Shown piece by piece: positions 27,201 through 39,200 of a stretch of 64,000 bases of DNA. Under the pieces are notes generated by a model. The model saw only the letters and a list, made by a program, of their open reading frames with translations. It was not told the origin of the DNA and searched no databases. The DNA comes from Pecten maximus (taxonomy: Eukaryota), in the NCBI RefSeq assembly GCF_902652985.1, contig NC_047028.1:5952001-6016000 (forward strand). Reading direction: 5' to 3'. Positions within the stretch are counted from its first letter, which is position 1. Each line of letters begins with the position of its first letter. The translations under genes were made by a program, and so were the position numbers.

Positions 27201-30200
27201 ATCGTGTTACTGGTTACATGTGCTGTAACCTGCCATAGCTGCCATAAACATTTCTACTCAGAACTATATAGTTTCACGATACTTTTTTCAGTGAAAGAAA
27301 AAAAATATTTATTCACCATTTAGAAATAGATATCAGCTTATCACAAGAATAACACTAGATCACAATGAAATACAAACCACTTAATAAGTATGGTCACTTA
27401 AGTTTACAAACCCTATTTAATATAGACACTAGCTGTTCAATGTAGTTTATAAATCGTACTTAGTATGGGAACATGCTTATATCTCTCGTTAACTAGTTGT
27501 ATGTATACAGTGTTTTTCCTGCCTTTATAACTGGGTGCACAAAATGACTCCTTTCCCAATGCATTTTAGAAAAGATAAGAAAAAAGGACAGACAAAAGTC
27601 AGAATTGGTGTGTGCTATCATGTAAAGCTAGAATTTACACTGCATTATAAAACTGTTAAGCATGACACTCATGAAACAATTATTAGCATTTAAAAAAAAA
27701 AAAATTAACATGTAAAATTTTCCCAATTTGGTCAGTTGGATTTTCCCAAAATGCCCAAGAAAAACACAACAGTACGGATACTGTAGTTTACAAACCTTTA
27801 TTAATATGGACACATGAGTTTTCAGATCAATGTTTGCATATGTAACTGCATGCTACATATTAGATTATATGCTTAACATAAATTATTTCCCCAGGTATTT
27901 TCGCGAGCCAATGAAGCAGAGGAGTTTGGTTGGTGGCAAGCCCGTGTGAAAATGCTCAAAGGAGAGTTTGCAGTGATGGAGTTCACAGGGTGGGACACAT
28001 CATCATATACAGACATCGTCCCTCTGGAAAGGATCAGGACAATTAATCCAAAGTAGGTCATCACATACTAAATAGGTCATCACATATGCTAAATAGGTCA
28101 TTACTGTGTGGGATTGTAGCAGGGTTCGGAGTGATTTGGTTGAGGTTTTGTTAACATAATAAAAACAAGGCTTTCCCCGTTGCATACAATTTAATCACTG
28201 AGTATAATTGTAGCTCAATTGTGATGTCGCTAAAAGGCGACATACGTCAACAATAAAGCAAAGGGGAGATAATGATGTTTCACTAATACTTGACAATTAC
28301 ATATGCTAAATAGGTCATTGATGAGAATGCCATAAAGATGTTCATCTTTTAAGGTTCCAAGGTATAGATCACCTTTGCAATTCATGTATACAGTGTATTT
28401 GTATTACTATTTTATCAGGGACATTCCTGCCTTATAGACACACGTTTCTGATTTCTGTTCATATGTTTTTATCTGAGTTTATGTTGCTTTTCTTCTTTGT
28501 ATCCCAAAAAATTTACTGATTGAAGCCACAAGAAGTTTTACACTTGTCTTTATAAATATATAAAAATGAGATAGAAATACTCTGTTGTTCATAACACATT
28601 CAAGTCATGTTTGTTTTTTGTTTTTTTGTCTCTTTTTTTTTATCATGTTTGATGTTCATATATGTTTTTTGTTACAGTAAACCTTTAATGAAAACTAGCT
28701 TTAACAAGTACGTCATAGAAGTTCCTATGGATTTACGTGAAATGTAAGTACAAGCTCTGTGTGTATTTATATTATAATTTATGTATAGATTATGAAAATC
28801 CTGTCATCTTACTATGGGTCAGTCATCGATATGATCTCTCAGATTCTAATGGTTTAACAAGTCATGAAAGTGGACTAAAATGCCATATTATAACTGTAAA
28901 CATGTTCATTTTTGACGCAATCAAATTTTAGCACATAGTTAAATTTTAACTGTAATGAATTGACACACCTATAGTTCATACCTAATTAGAAATTCATGCA
29001 AACACACTGTGATTAGCACAATCATTATTTAGTGGAAGGCTGTCAGTGCAAAATTGCTAAATAAATTTACCACTTAAAATAGTTACTATGGAAACAAGAT
29101 CTGTTGTTAACAGAAGTCTGTTGTCTTTGGTATTGTTAGAGATTGAAATGGAATTATTTATAATGTGGGCTAGTATCTTTACTAAGATTCAAGATTTTTC
29201 TCCTTTTTTTTAACAGAAAACATCATCAATGGAATATGATCTTTCAATAGTAATATTTAACAAGAAGTCAGCTTATAATTACCAACATCAATTAGTTATC
29301 ATTTTGAAGTTTATATTCTACTGTTTTTTTCCTTTGGTTACAGTTGTAAAGATGAAAATGCTCACACAGAATTTAAGAAGCACTGTAATGCTGTGTCTGT
29401 GGCCTACAATGATAATGATGGTACACTGGTTGTGTTGGTAAGTGTTTAGTTAACAGAAGAGCCACATTATTGTTGTGTCTGTGGCCTACAATGATACAGT
29501 TAACTGGTTGTGTTGGTAAGTGTTGAGTTAACAGAAGAGCCACAGTATTGTTGTGTCTGTGGCCTACAATGATATAGTAATCTGGTTGTGTTGGTAAGTG
29601 TTGAGTTAACAGAATCACAGTATTGTTTTGTCTGTGGCCTACAATGATATAGTAAACTGGTTGTGTTGGTAAGTGTTTAGTCAACAGAAAAACCACAGTA
29701 TTGTTCTGTCTGTCATACACATTGTATACAGAGGAGACTAAAAGTCATTTATCACTCATATTGTATTTGATGTCTCATGCAAACATGTTAAGATTATAGT
29801 GTTTGCTTAGAGTTTACAACACATTTTTTTGCACAAATTCTTGTCGGAAGATTAAAGAAAACCAGGCATGCACACTGCACAAAACATTGTACTTTTGGTA
29901 GAAAACATCTTAAAAGAAAATTTGAATAAGTCATCAAAGGGGAAAAAATATAATCACAGGTTCAGTACATGTAGAGTTGAAAATAAAATTGCACCTTTTT
30001 GTTTCAGTCCACAAGTGACTCCGTCATCAAGCGGGCTACCATGTTAGGTGATATGCACCTGAGAAACCTTAGACAGAAGCTGTTGCTGAAACAGAGGACA
30101 GAGGAGGCTGTCAAACGGTTACAGGTAAGTAATGGTCCAGAGAACACCAGGAGGTCATGCCTGGTTGAAGTTGACACATAGATCCAGCAAGTAACACAGT

Positions 30201-33200
30201 CATGTGATAAGTAAGGTAATCTGGTAATCACAGTTGTTTTAGTTCCCTGACAGTAAAACTGATGAGGGATATATTGCCACCATGGTGGTAAGATGCAGAG
30301 CTATATATGAACGAAGGATTGCTAGTTTGAGTAGCTAGAGACCCGATAAGCATGGATAATAATTCGTGAAACCCCTGGAGACGGCTATATTGCTGTCATA
30401 TAGCAGTATAGAAGAACTATTATTATTAGTATTTTGAGAACTCAATTTTTTCCCAGTCTGTATGATTTTGTGAGGGTTGGTATACATGGGGGCTCGTATA
30501 AGTAGGGGACATGTATTGCATCAGCAATACTCTGTATACTTTACTATTATTGTATTGAGATTTAAAACTATAGATCAGTCAATATATTGTTATACTGTTT
30601 TTGTGTTACAGAATACTAAGATCCGGTCAGGGTACATGGAGGAGTTCACTGTACGAGAAGACCTAATGGGGCTAGCAATTGGTTCACATGGAGCTAACAT
30701 TCAGCTAGCTCGACGTGTCGACGGAATCACAGGAATTGAACTCGATGAAAACACATGTACATTCAAGGTTCATGGAGATGTGAGTTAAAAATATCTGTAC
30801 TCTTAATATTATCTGGAGGTGTATTTACAAATTACATGTACTTTGAGAACTATTATTATAAAAGAGAAATCATTTACTTTCCAAGTTACCACTTTGTTTT
30901 TTTTTTTTTTGCATGAAGAGATCACATACATGTTTATTTCAAACTACTTTGCCTTTAGGGCTTATGAAAAGGTTTACTTAAACTTGAAAATATCATCATT
31001 CTTGTTTTTACATTTCATCAAGGAATAGAATTATCGGTTTTCAATTCATTTTGCTGATAGATCTTTTAAATAGATCTACATATTCATTCTGTTTTCTTTT
31101 TCAAGTCACAAGAATCTGTCAAAAAAGCTAGATGTATGCTAGAATATGCAGAGGAGACATTTCAAGTTCCCAGAGAGCTAGTTGGTAAGGACTGTACAAT
31201 GCCATGCATGGCTTGCTTAATGTGATACATCTCCGATTTATTAGCCATCCTGTTTCCAATTCCAGGAAGGTCAAGGTATCACAATGCTGCAAGTATTTAA
31301 AGGTTCTAGTACACAAATATGTTTACTGAAATGGTGATGTTTGGTATAAGGGTAGTTGTGGTTTGTATGAATTGATGCATTAGTAAAGTTAAAAAGCAAA
31401 TTTTGTTCTTACAGAACTTGGTTTAAAACATGATAATTGTAACAGGCAAGCTTTGCTGTTCTCGGATAACGCTTGATTATTTATCATTTAAGGCTGTTTC
31501 AAATATTACACTGAGAGTTCTGATGGGTTTAATTCCAGATGATAAAAATGGAATTATCTAGATGTCCATAGATGTACTCAAGCTTTAATAGATAAATATG
31601 ATTACATCTAGCAATACTTACATGCTTGAAACCTTGAATATTATAATGATATTAAATAATATAAGATCACAAGCACTTTGCAGACAATTCAATTTTAACT
31701 GTGGATTTTATTAAATTTGTGTGCCCAGCCAGCCCATGTTGTTCGCAATTATAACATTAAGATTTCTTATATGTTGACATTTTCTTTCCTATTTCTTTAT
31801 TTAATTGATAGATAATTAGCTTTCACCTAAAGAGGCATGGCAGTAAATATACCTGATAATATTACCCTGGCAAAATTATAGATGGTTGGTCGATGTTTAT
31901 AGACATATATATATAATGGAGATGTTTCTATGGAAGTAAGTGACCCATTGTCATGTGGTTTCTACCTGTAATTCATTGCCTTTGCTTGATTTTCAGCTAA
32001 AGTTATAGGCAAGAACGGTAAAAACATACAAGATATCGTGGACAAGTCAGGAGTAGTGAGAGTTAAGATTGAGGGCGACAATGAAAGTGAGACTCTCCGA
32101 GAGGAGGTGAGTGTGCCTGGTTAAGACTGTTACGTACCGCTGCGCCCTGCCTGGTGTGTTACTTATAGAGTTGATGTGAGGCTGTTTATCTGCCATATTT
32201 TTCATCTTCAACTTTCCTGACTTCTCTGGATTTCTCCCACATTATAATATTATAATACCAATTAAGAATACCGTTAAAGATCTCAAGTTTTGACAAATTT
32301 TCAGTTTGTTGTATTTCATCTGTAAAATTATTTTTTGTTTTGTTATTGAATAAGTGTGAATTTCAAATTCTATTGTTAGCATTAATCAATTTTTTTTATG
32401 TTTAGAGAGTTGTATAAAACAGTCTTATCAATATTACTGAACTATTATTTCTAACTTTAAGTTTAGTTCTTGCTGCCGCACTTGAAGATTATACCGTCTA
32501 TCTGTCTCCATTCCATTTTATTTGACAGAAAACTTATTGGTTTGATGAAATTCATTAGTAATGAAAACTGAAGCAGTCATTTGTAACTTGTAACTGATAA
32601 CTTATCCAGGGAACCACATAGCTGTATGTTTTACTGTATGGCTTTCATGACAGGAATGGTTTTGTGTGAGAACATTGGACTGCTTTGTCCGAGTCCTTGT
32701 AAAATTATTAATACTGAAGACGTCTACCCATTTAAAGTAACTTGTTTATGATATATATTCGATAACTTGTTATTCAGTTTTTGTCCAAAAAATTCAAATT
32801 TAAAGCTGATTTTGTTTTTAATTTCACAAATGTATATAAAATGTATAAATGTTGGACACTTCTGTACTTTCTGTAAGTGCATAGTTAGTCTTCTAATGTC
32901 TTGACATTCATTTAGAAATATTGTTATTAATAGTCAATTTATATCAAAGTACCAATGCTAAAGAATTTGAAAGTAAATTGTATATTGAGCATGGTAGATT
33001 TTTTTGATTTTTTTTTTCTGAATAAAAAGTTCCATAAATATTGAAAAGCTTTTTTAATATCATTTTGAATAACAGCAATGAAAATCATGCTTTCTATTTT
33101 GCTTATTAAATAAAATTTTTTTGTTGTTTTCAAATAACCGCTCATTAATGTTTCTGATGACCTAACCATGCAGAAGCAAGTCAAGCTTTTGTCCCTCTTG

Positions 33201-36200
33201 GCTTGCATGTATATTTGTTTACACGAAGTAGGTTTAAAAGACTACTGTCTTGTTTGGAGCAGATATAAGAATGTTTTAGCTGCAATTGAAGCATGTTTTA
33301 ATTATTTTACAATGCAATGTACAAGTTTGTTATATTTGGTATTCTCTGGAATAAAACTTAAATGTGTATTATTAGCAAAATAGATTTTATTTACACTGAT
33401 CATGAGCATACAGCATTCTTAATCTATTCTATCAATTTAGATTTTGACACAAGTTAAATTTGCAATGCCATTTGACAGTAAAATTTCATCTGGGAAATTT
33501 TTAGATTATGCTGTATTCTTACATTTACTGATAGGGCATTTAATAGCTATTCAAATAGCTCCTAAATATTCATTTTAACAAAGTATTTATAGTCGAACCT
33601 CACTAAAAATCAGTTAGGTCAGATAGATATCTACATCTCTAAAATTATTTAGCCTTTCAGGATGTTTTGAACTCAGATATGATATTAAGCTGTATGATTT
33701 AATTTTGATGTTGGTTAAAGGGATTTGATGAGGTTTTACTGTATAAACCAGTTCCTATTTGGAGTCTGTAGAAATTATTCCGTTTGATTTACACTTTCCG
33801 AGTACGATAATGATGATATTATGATGAGTGTAAGCATTGACTATAGACACCCTTTCCCTTTGTAGTATGACGATTGGAGCTCTCAGGTCCCCCTGACTGT
33901 AAGTCCCGAATTATCAGCCTTCGCATTCACAGCATTCTCAGGGCGCTCTTCTGCGTTGCATCACCATCCTATACATTTGTCACAGGCTATGGCATACGTC
34001 GACAGTATTAAAAGCCAGAACTGGTCTCACACCGAAAGAAATACTTTACAACACTTTTTGGGATGAAAATTCTGTAAAGGAGAACATGTTCTGTTTCAGC
34101 AAAAAAGAAAAAAAAAAGATAAGATCAAGTATGATTTGGTTGTGACAGATGTATTGGATGACGATACAGCTGCTATGTGTAGTTGTGCCTAGTGATGCCG
34201 GGGTACAGCACTTCTGTTGTAGATCTTCCCGGTAATGTCAGTCCCTCGCCGTTACACTCACAGGTCTACATAGACTCTTTGAAAGGTTTCTCATTGTGTT
34301 CAGAATAAAATATCTTGGGATTAAGGTGCTTTATAAAGCAATCATATCTAAAATGGCTTGATTGGATTGCTATTACATTCATGCTTCAAAAGTGGAAAGC
34401 AATATTGTCATTTTAACTGAATTTAGTATTTTGTCTTTTGGTTCATATATTTTTTTCATTTCAAAACTTTTTGTGATTGTTATTCTCTATAATCACTGAT
34501 AGCTTGTAGCACGCCTTAATAATTTCTTGTAAGGACATTAATTGGCTATAACCATATGAAAATTATGAAATATTATATATCATTGGTAATTTTCCACTGT
34601 AAATTTAATGATGTACATTGTACAACTAAAGTGACCATTGCCTTCAGCTGAGGAAGCCATAGTCATGGTTTCTTAATCAAATCATGCTACCTTATTAAGG
34701 AATAATAAATCTTTAGAAGTTCCTGAGGTAACATCACACTTCCACAGTATCCTCAGTAGAATGCAAAATTCAGATTTATGTATTACCTGTCATCAAAAAA
34801 TCTCTACTCGGTCAATGGAATTATTTTCCCTTAATTAGAAGAGCACAAGTTTAGTTTTAGCTTTTTTCATATCACCCTACTCATAAAAAAATATCATTCA
34901 TACTTCTCAACATTTTTATACTTCTTTCTTCATTTTCACTTCTTTGGATATTTAAAGCTCTATTAATTTTTTCAATCACAAATATTATGACTTTATGAGT
35001 GGAATATAAAAATTTCCAAATTCTTAAAAATGCAATGTTTGATTCATAATATACTTTGGCCCATCAATTTATGTACATTGGCTATTTAAAATAATCCTGA
35101 GCTGAAGTAAACAGATGGAGAACATTTCCCGGTTTACAGTGGCTATATATAGCTATTTATAGGTTGTGAGGTTTAATACTCTTACTGTTGTAAAGCATCT
35201 CTATTTGCATGCATGTATGGCTCTTTTTGATTTATTGCTTCAATCAGGTGTCTGTGTGTACAATTTTAATCAGTCTTTTTAATAAATTATTATGTTTACG
35301 TTCTTGGAAGAAATATCATCCTACAGTTTGTTTAATATGTTAGACACTGGAGTGATATTATTGATATATAAGGCAAAAAGAAATGTTTCTTCAGGGTTCA
35401 TGTACATGTCCAACCCTCCTTTTTACTATACAGGCAGTCCGGGTGACTGAATAGGATGTTTGCATTATGAAATTTTTCACTGACAGATTCAGGATAATGA
35501 AATATTAAATATTTATATGAATATTACTAATATGTTTACAAATTAAAAGGACTTCTGCCCTTCTGATCAGTACTGAAATGGCTGCCTGATCAATGTAGAC
35601 TACAACAGAATGAAAGGAAATTGATTCATTTTGGATATCAATGTATAAATTCTGACAGAATTGGCTATAGCACACTATATCCCAGTGAACAAATATGATG
35701 AAAAAAAAATTCTGGCCTGCTGACTATATATACCCTGTTTTGAAGTTGCAACACAAAACTCTTTTCCAAAATATATTAAGGTAAATATAATTATGTATAT
35801 GGCTAAAATATTTTATATTCTGAAAAGTAAACCAGAAACATGATTTACAGTAGCTATTAGAATTGTTATGATTTGAATTAGCTAAAAACCTTGGTTTGCT
35901 AGACTTGTCACAATAGTGGCCATTTATCACTTTGCTTCGACAATGTAATGACTTGATGAGGCTTTCATTGTATAAAAGCCACCATGCTGAGGTAAGGATA
36001 TTGAGGAAGAGGTGGTATGCTAATATTTAAGGATATTTGGTGCTTTCACATTGAATTCAAACATTCACAAGAACGGTGTCATCTTGACCATATTTCTCGA
36101 ATGCCTACAAAATGAAAATATGTCATCTTTTTGCAATAGAGACCAGTTTCTTACTCTTAACAGAAACTATAAGATACAACATCTTACTCTTAACAGAAAC

Positions 36201-39200
36201 TATAAGATACAACATCTTAACTCAGAACACCACTTTCTGTCAATATTTTTGGTTTTTCTATGGAGTCAATATATGTTATTAATTCCCGATTGTTTCCTTT
36301 TCCACTCTGGTCTTCTGTCCAGCATGCTTATATATTTATCTGTCCTTGAATGTGATTACATAACAAATCAGTTGTCTTTCCTTACTAGCACTTGCCAGAA
36401 GAGCAAGTGAGCTTATGCCAACATGCGGCGTACGGCGTCTGTCCACCGGCATGATTTATTAAACTAAATAAAGCTAGCCTACTCTGTTATTTAAATAAAG
36501 TGGTAATCACATAAGTGTCTGCATAAATAACCTAGATCAACTTCAATGTTGCTTTAGAACCAGATGGGCGATACAGGCATGTTGGGCCTCTTGTAAATTG
36601 ATTATGATCAAACTTCATACATTGGTGAAGTATGAGAATACTTTAAATTAGTTTGTGCTTCAGGATGCCAAGGCCAAGGTCACTTACTATTTACAGAAAA
36701 TATTTTGTCATCTCTTATATGACTTCATTTACAAAGTTTGATCACACTTCATTTATTGGTAAAGTATGAAAATACCTCCGTGAATAGGTCTCGGGGTTTA
36801 TCGCAGGATATATCGGCAGGTATACCTGACACCAAGGAGATTTGCATCACCATCGATACCTAATGAATGTAAAAAAAAAAGTTTTACATTCAGGATAAGT
36901 CCATGAATGTAGTACCACAGCGAACGATCACCATAAACCTTACAATCTAACTCGCAGTCTTAATTAAAACACATTATCTAATGATGTGGAATCAAAACTG
37001 TAAAGTGTGATAATAAGATGTGGTGTCTGGATCATTAACAATATTGAATCTGTCATTAGCTGTGTAGGCATTGAAACCTTGTTTTGTAACATCCCATTTA
37101 TGTTGTATGCATGTCAATCATATTTTTCATTTTTGTTAATCTGGAAATGATTTATATCTGATTGTACTTAATTGTCCTATTTTCTGTGGTCAGTCACATA
37201 ATCACAATTTTGATTTTTTCCCCAAAAATGTTATATTTAATTATTAAATGTATGAATAAAGTTTTAGGTAGGGGATGATGTCGTCATTTCGGTTTTCCAT
37301 GAAACAAATAGGGATACAATGATTGTAGAAATTCTAGTATTAACTGTACATAGCTGGAGTAGGATACAGTCATTGCCGTTTAATAGTTACAATGTAAACT
37401 GTGTTTTGTCTTAAATCATCACTGTCGCATACATTTCCTCCTCTATTGTACATGAAAACAAGTCTGCTTTCAGAGAAAAAATATATTGAATTTCATATTT
37501 GTGTACACTATATACAATGCCATTGTGTTCTTTCTCTACAGGGTCAAGTGCCTTTTGTATTTGTTGGAACTTCTGAAAGTATAGAGAATGCTAAAATTCT
37601 TTTAGAATATCACTTAGATCATTTAAAGGTGAGTATATAATCTGTATCACACTGTGTAGATAAAGTGGGCACTTTGTAAAAGAGTAAAGAAACCCACTGC
37701 ATGTGGTTGTAAATTATCTAAAGTAGTCGGTAGAAGGCTCGGTGACTGATCCAAAATCCGTGAAAATCTCTGCATTATTGGAAAAGTTGAGATTGTTGTA
37801 CAGTTAAAAGTCTCTTTTGATACTTGTCTTTGTGGGATCTATACCCGTACAATAATTGTTTTGTGTATATCAAATTAATACACCTCAGTAGATAGCTCAC
37901 AGATTTGATACATACATTCCACCTGTACAGTTATCATCAGAAACAAAGATCTTAATTTTTTATTTATTTTTCTTGCAGGAAGTAGAACAATTACGTAAAG
38001 AAAAGTTAGAAATAGATCAACAATTAAAAAGTTTATCAGGTGCACAGCCTGGCCCTTACTTCCCTCCTCCGCGGGAACGAAGGTAAGAATGATGCTTCGA
38101 CTATCTGCAGCATAAAACAATGAATGTACATTATACAGGGTTTCCTTCGATCTCTCCTGAAGGATTGAAAGAAAAAAATAACCCCAGAAATTATTCCCAT
38201 TGCACTGAGGAGGAATAGAATATATCACTCTGTTGTGATGTAAACAGAAATCTCACTCAGAATCTCAAGTTGTGAGGTTCAAGACACATCTTCTATTTCT
38301 CAGTTACATAGTAGTCACTCTCTCCAAATCTGAATGTAATAAATGTGTTTAAAAGATGAAACTGATGAAAATATCAATAAGTATAAGAAACGTGTTACAA
38401 AATTATTGTAGTTTTTTTATGATACAGGTACGATAAACCAGACAACTGTTGAGATCAGTGTGATTAGTAATCTACCAGATTTAATTGGTGCAATTTGTAA
38501 TTAGCTGCTGCTAGACATTCTCACAATGTGTAATTTGTAAGTTGCTGCTAGACATTCTCACACTGTGTAATTTGTAAGTTGCTGCTAGACATTCTCACAC
38601 TGTATAATTTGTAAGTTGCTGCTAGACATTCTCACACTGTGTAATTTGTAAGTTGCTGCTAGACATTCTCACACTGTGTAATTTGTAAGTTACTGCTAGA
38701 CATTCTCACACTGTGTAATTTGTAAGTTACTGCTAGACATTCTCACACTGTGTAATTTGTAAGTTACTGCTAGACATTCTCACACTGTAATTTGTAAGTT
38801 ACTGCTGGACATTCTCACACTGTGTAATTTGTAAGTTGCTGCTAGACATTCTCACACTGTAATTTGTAAGTTACTGCTAGACATTCTCACACTGTAATTT
38901 GTAAGTTACTGCTGGACATTCTCACACTGTGTAATTTATAAGCTGCTGCTAGACATTCTCACACTGTGTAATTTGTAAGTTGCTGCTAGACATTCTCACA
39001 CTGTAATTTGTAAGTTACTGCTGGACATTCTCACACTGTGTAATTTGTAAGTTGCTGCTAGACATTCTCACACTGTAATTTGTAAGTTACTGCTAGACAT
39101 TCTCACACTGTAATTTGTAAGTTACTGCTAGACATTCTCACACTATGTAATTTGTAAGTTACTGCTAGACATTCTCACAATGTGTAATTTGTAAGTTACT

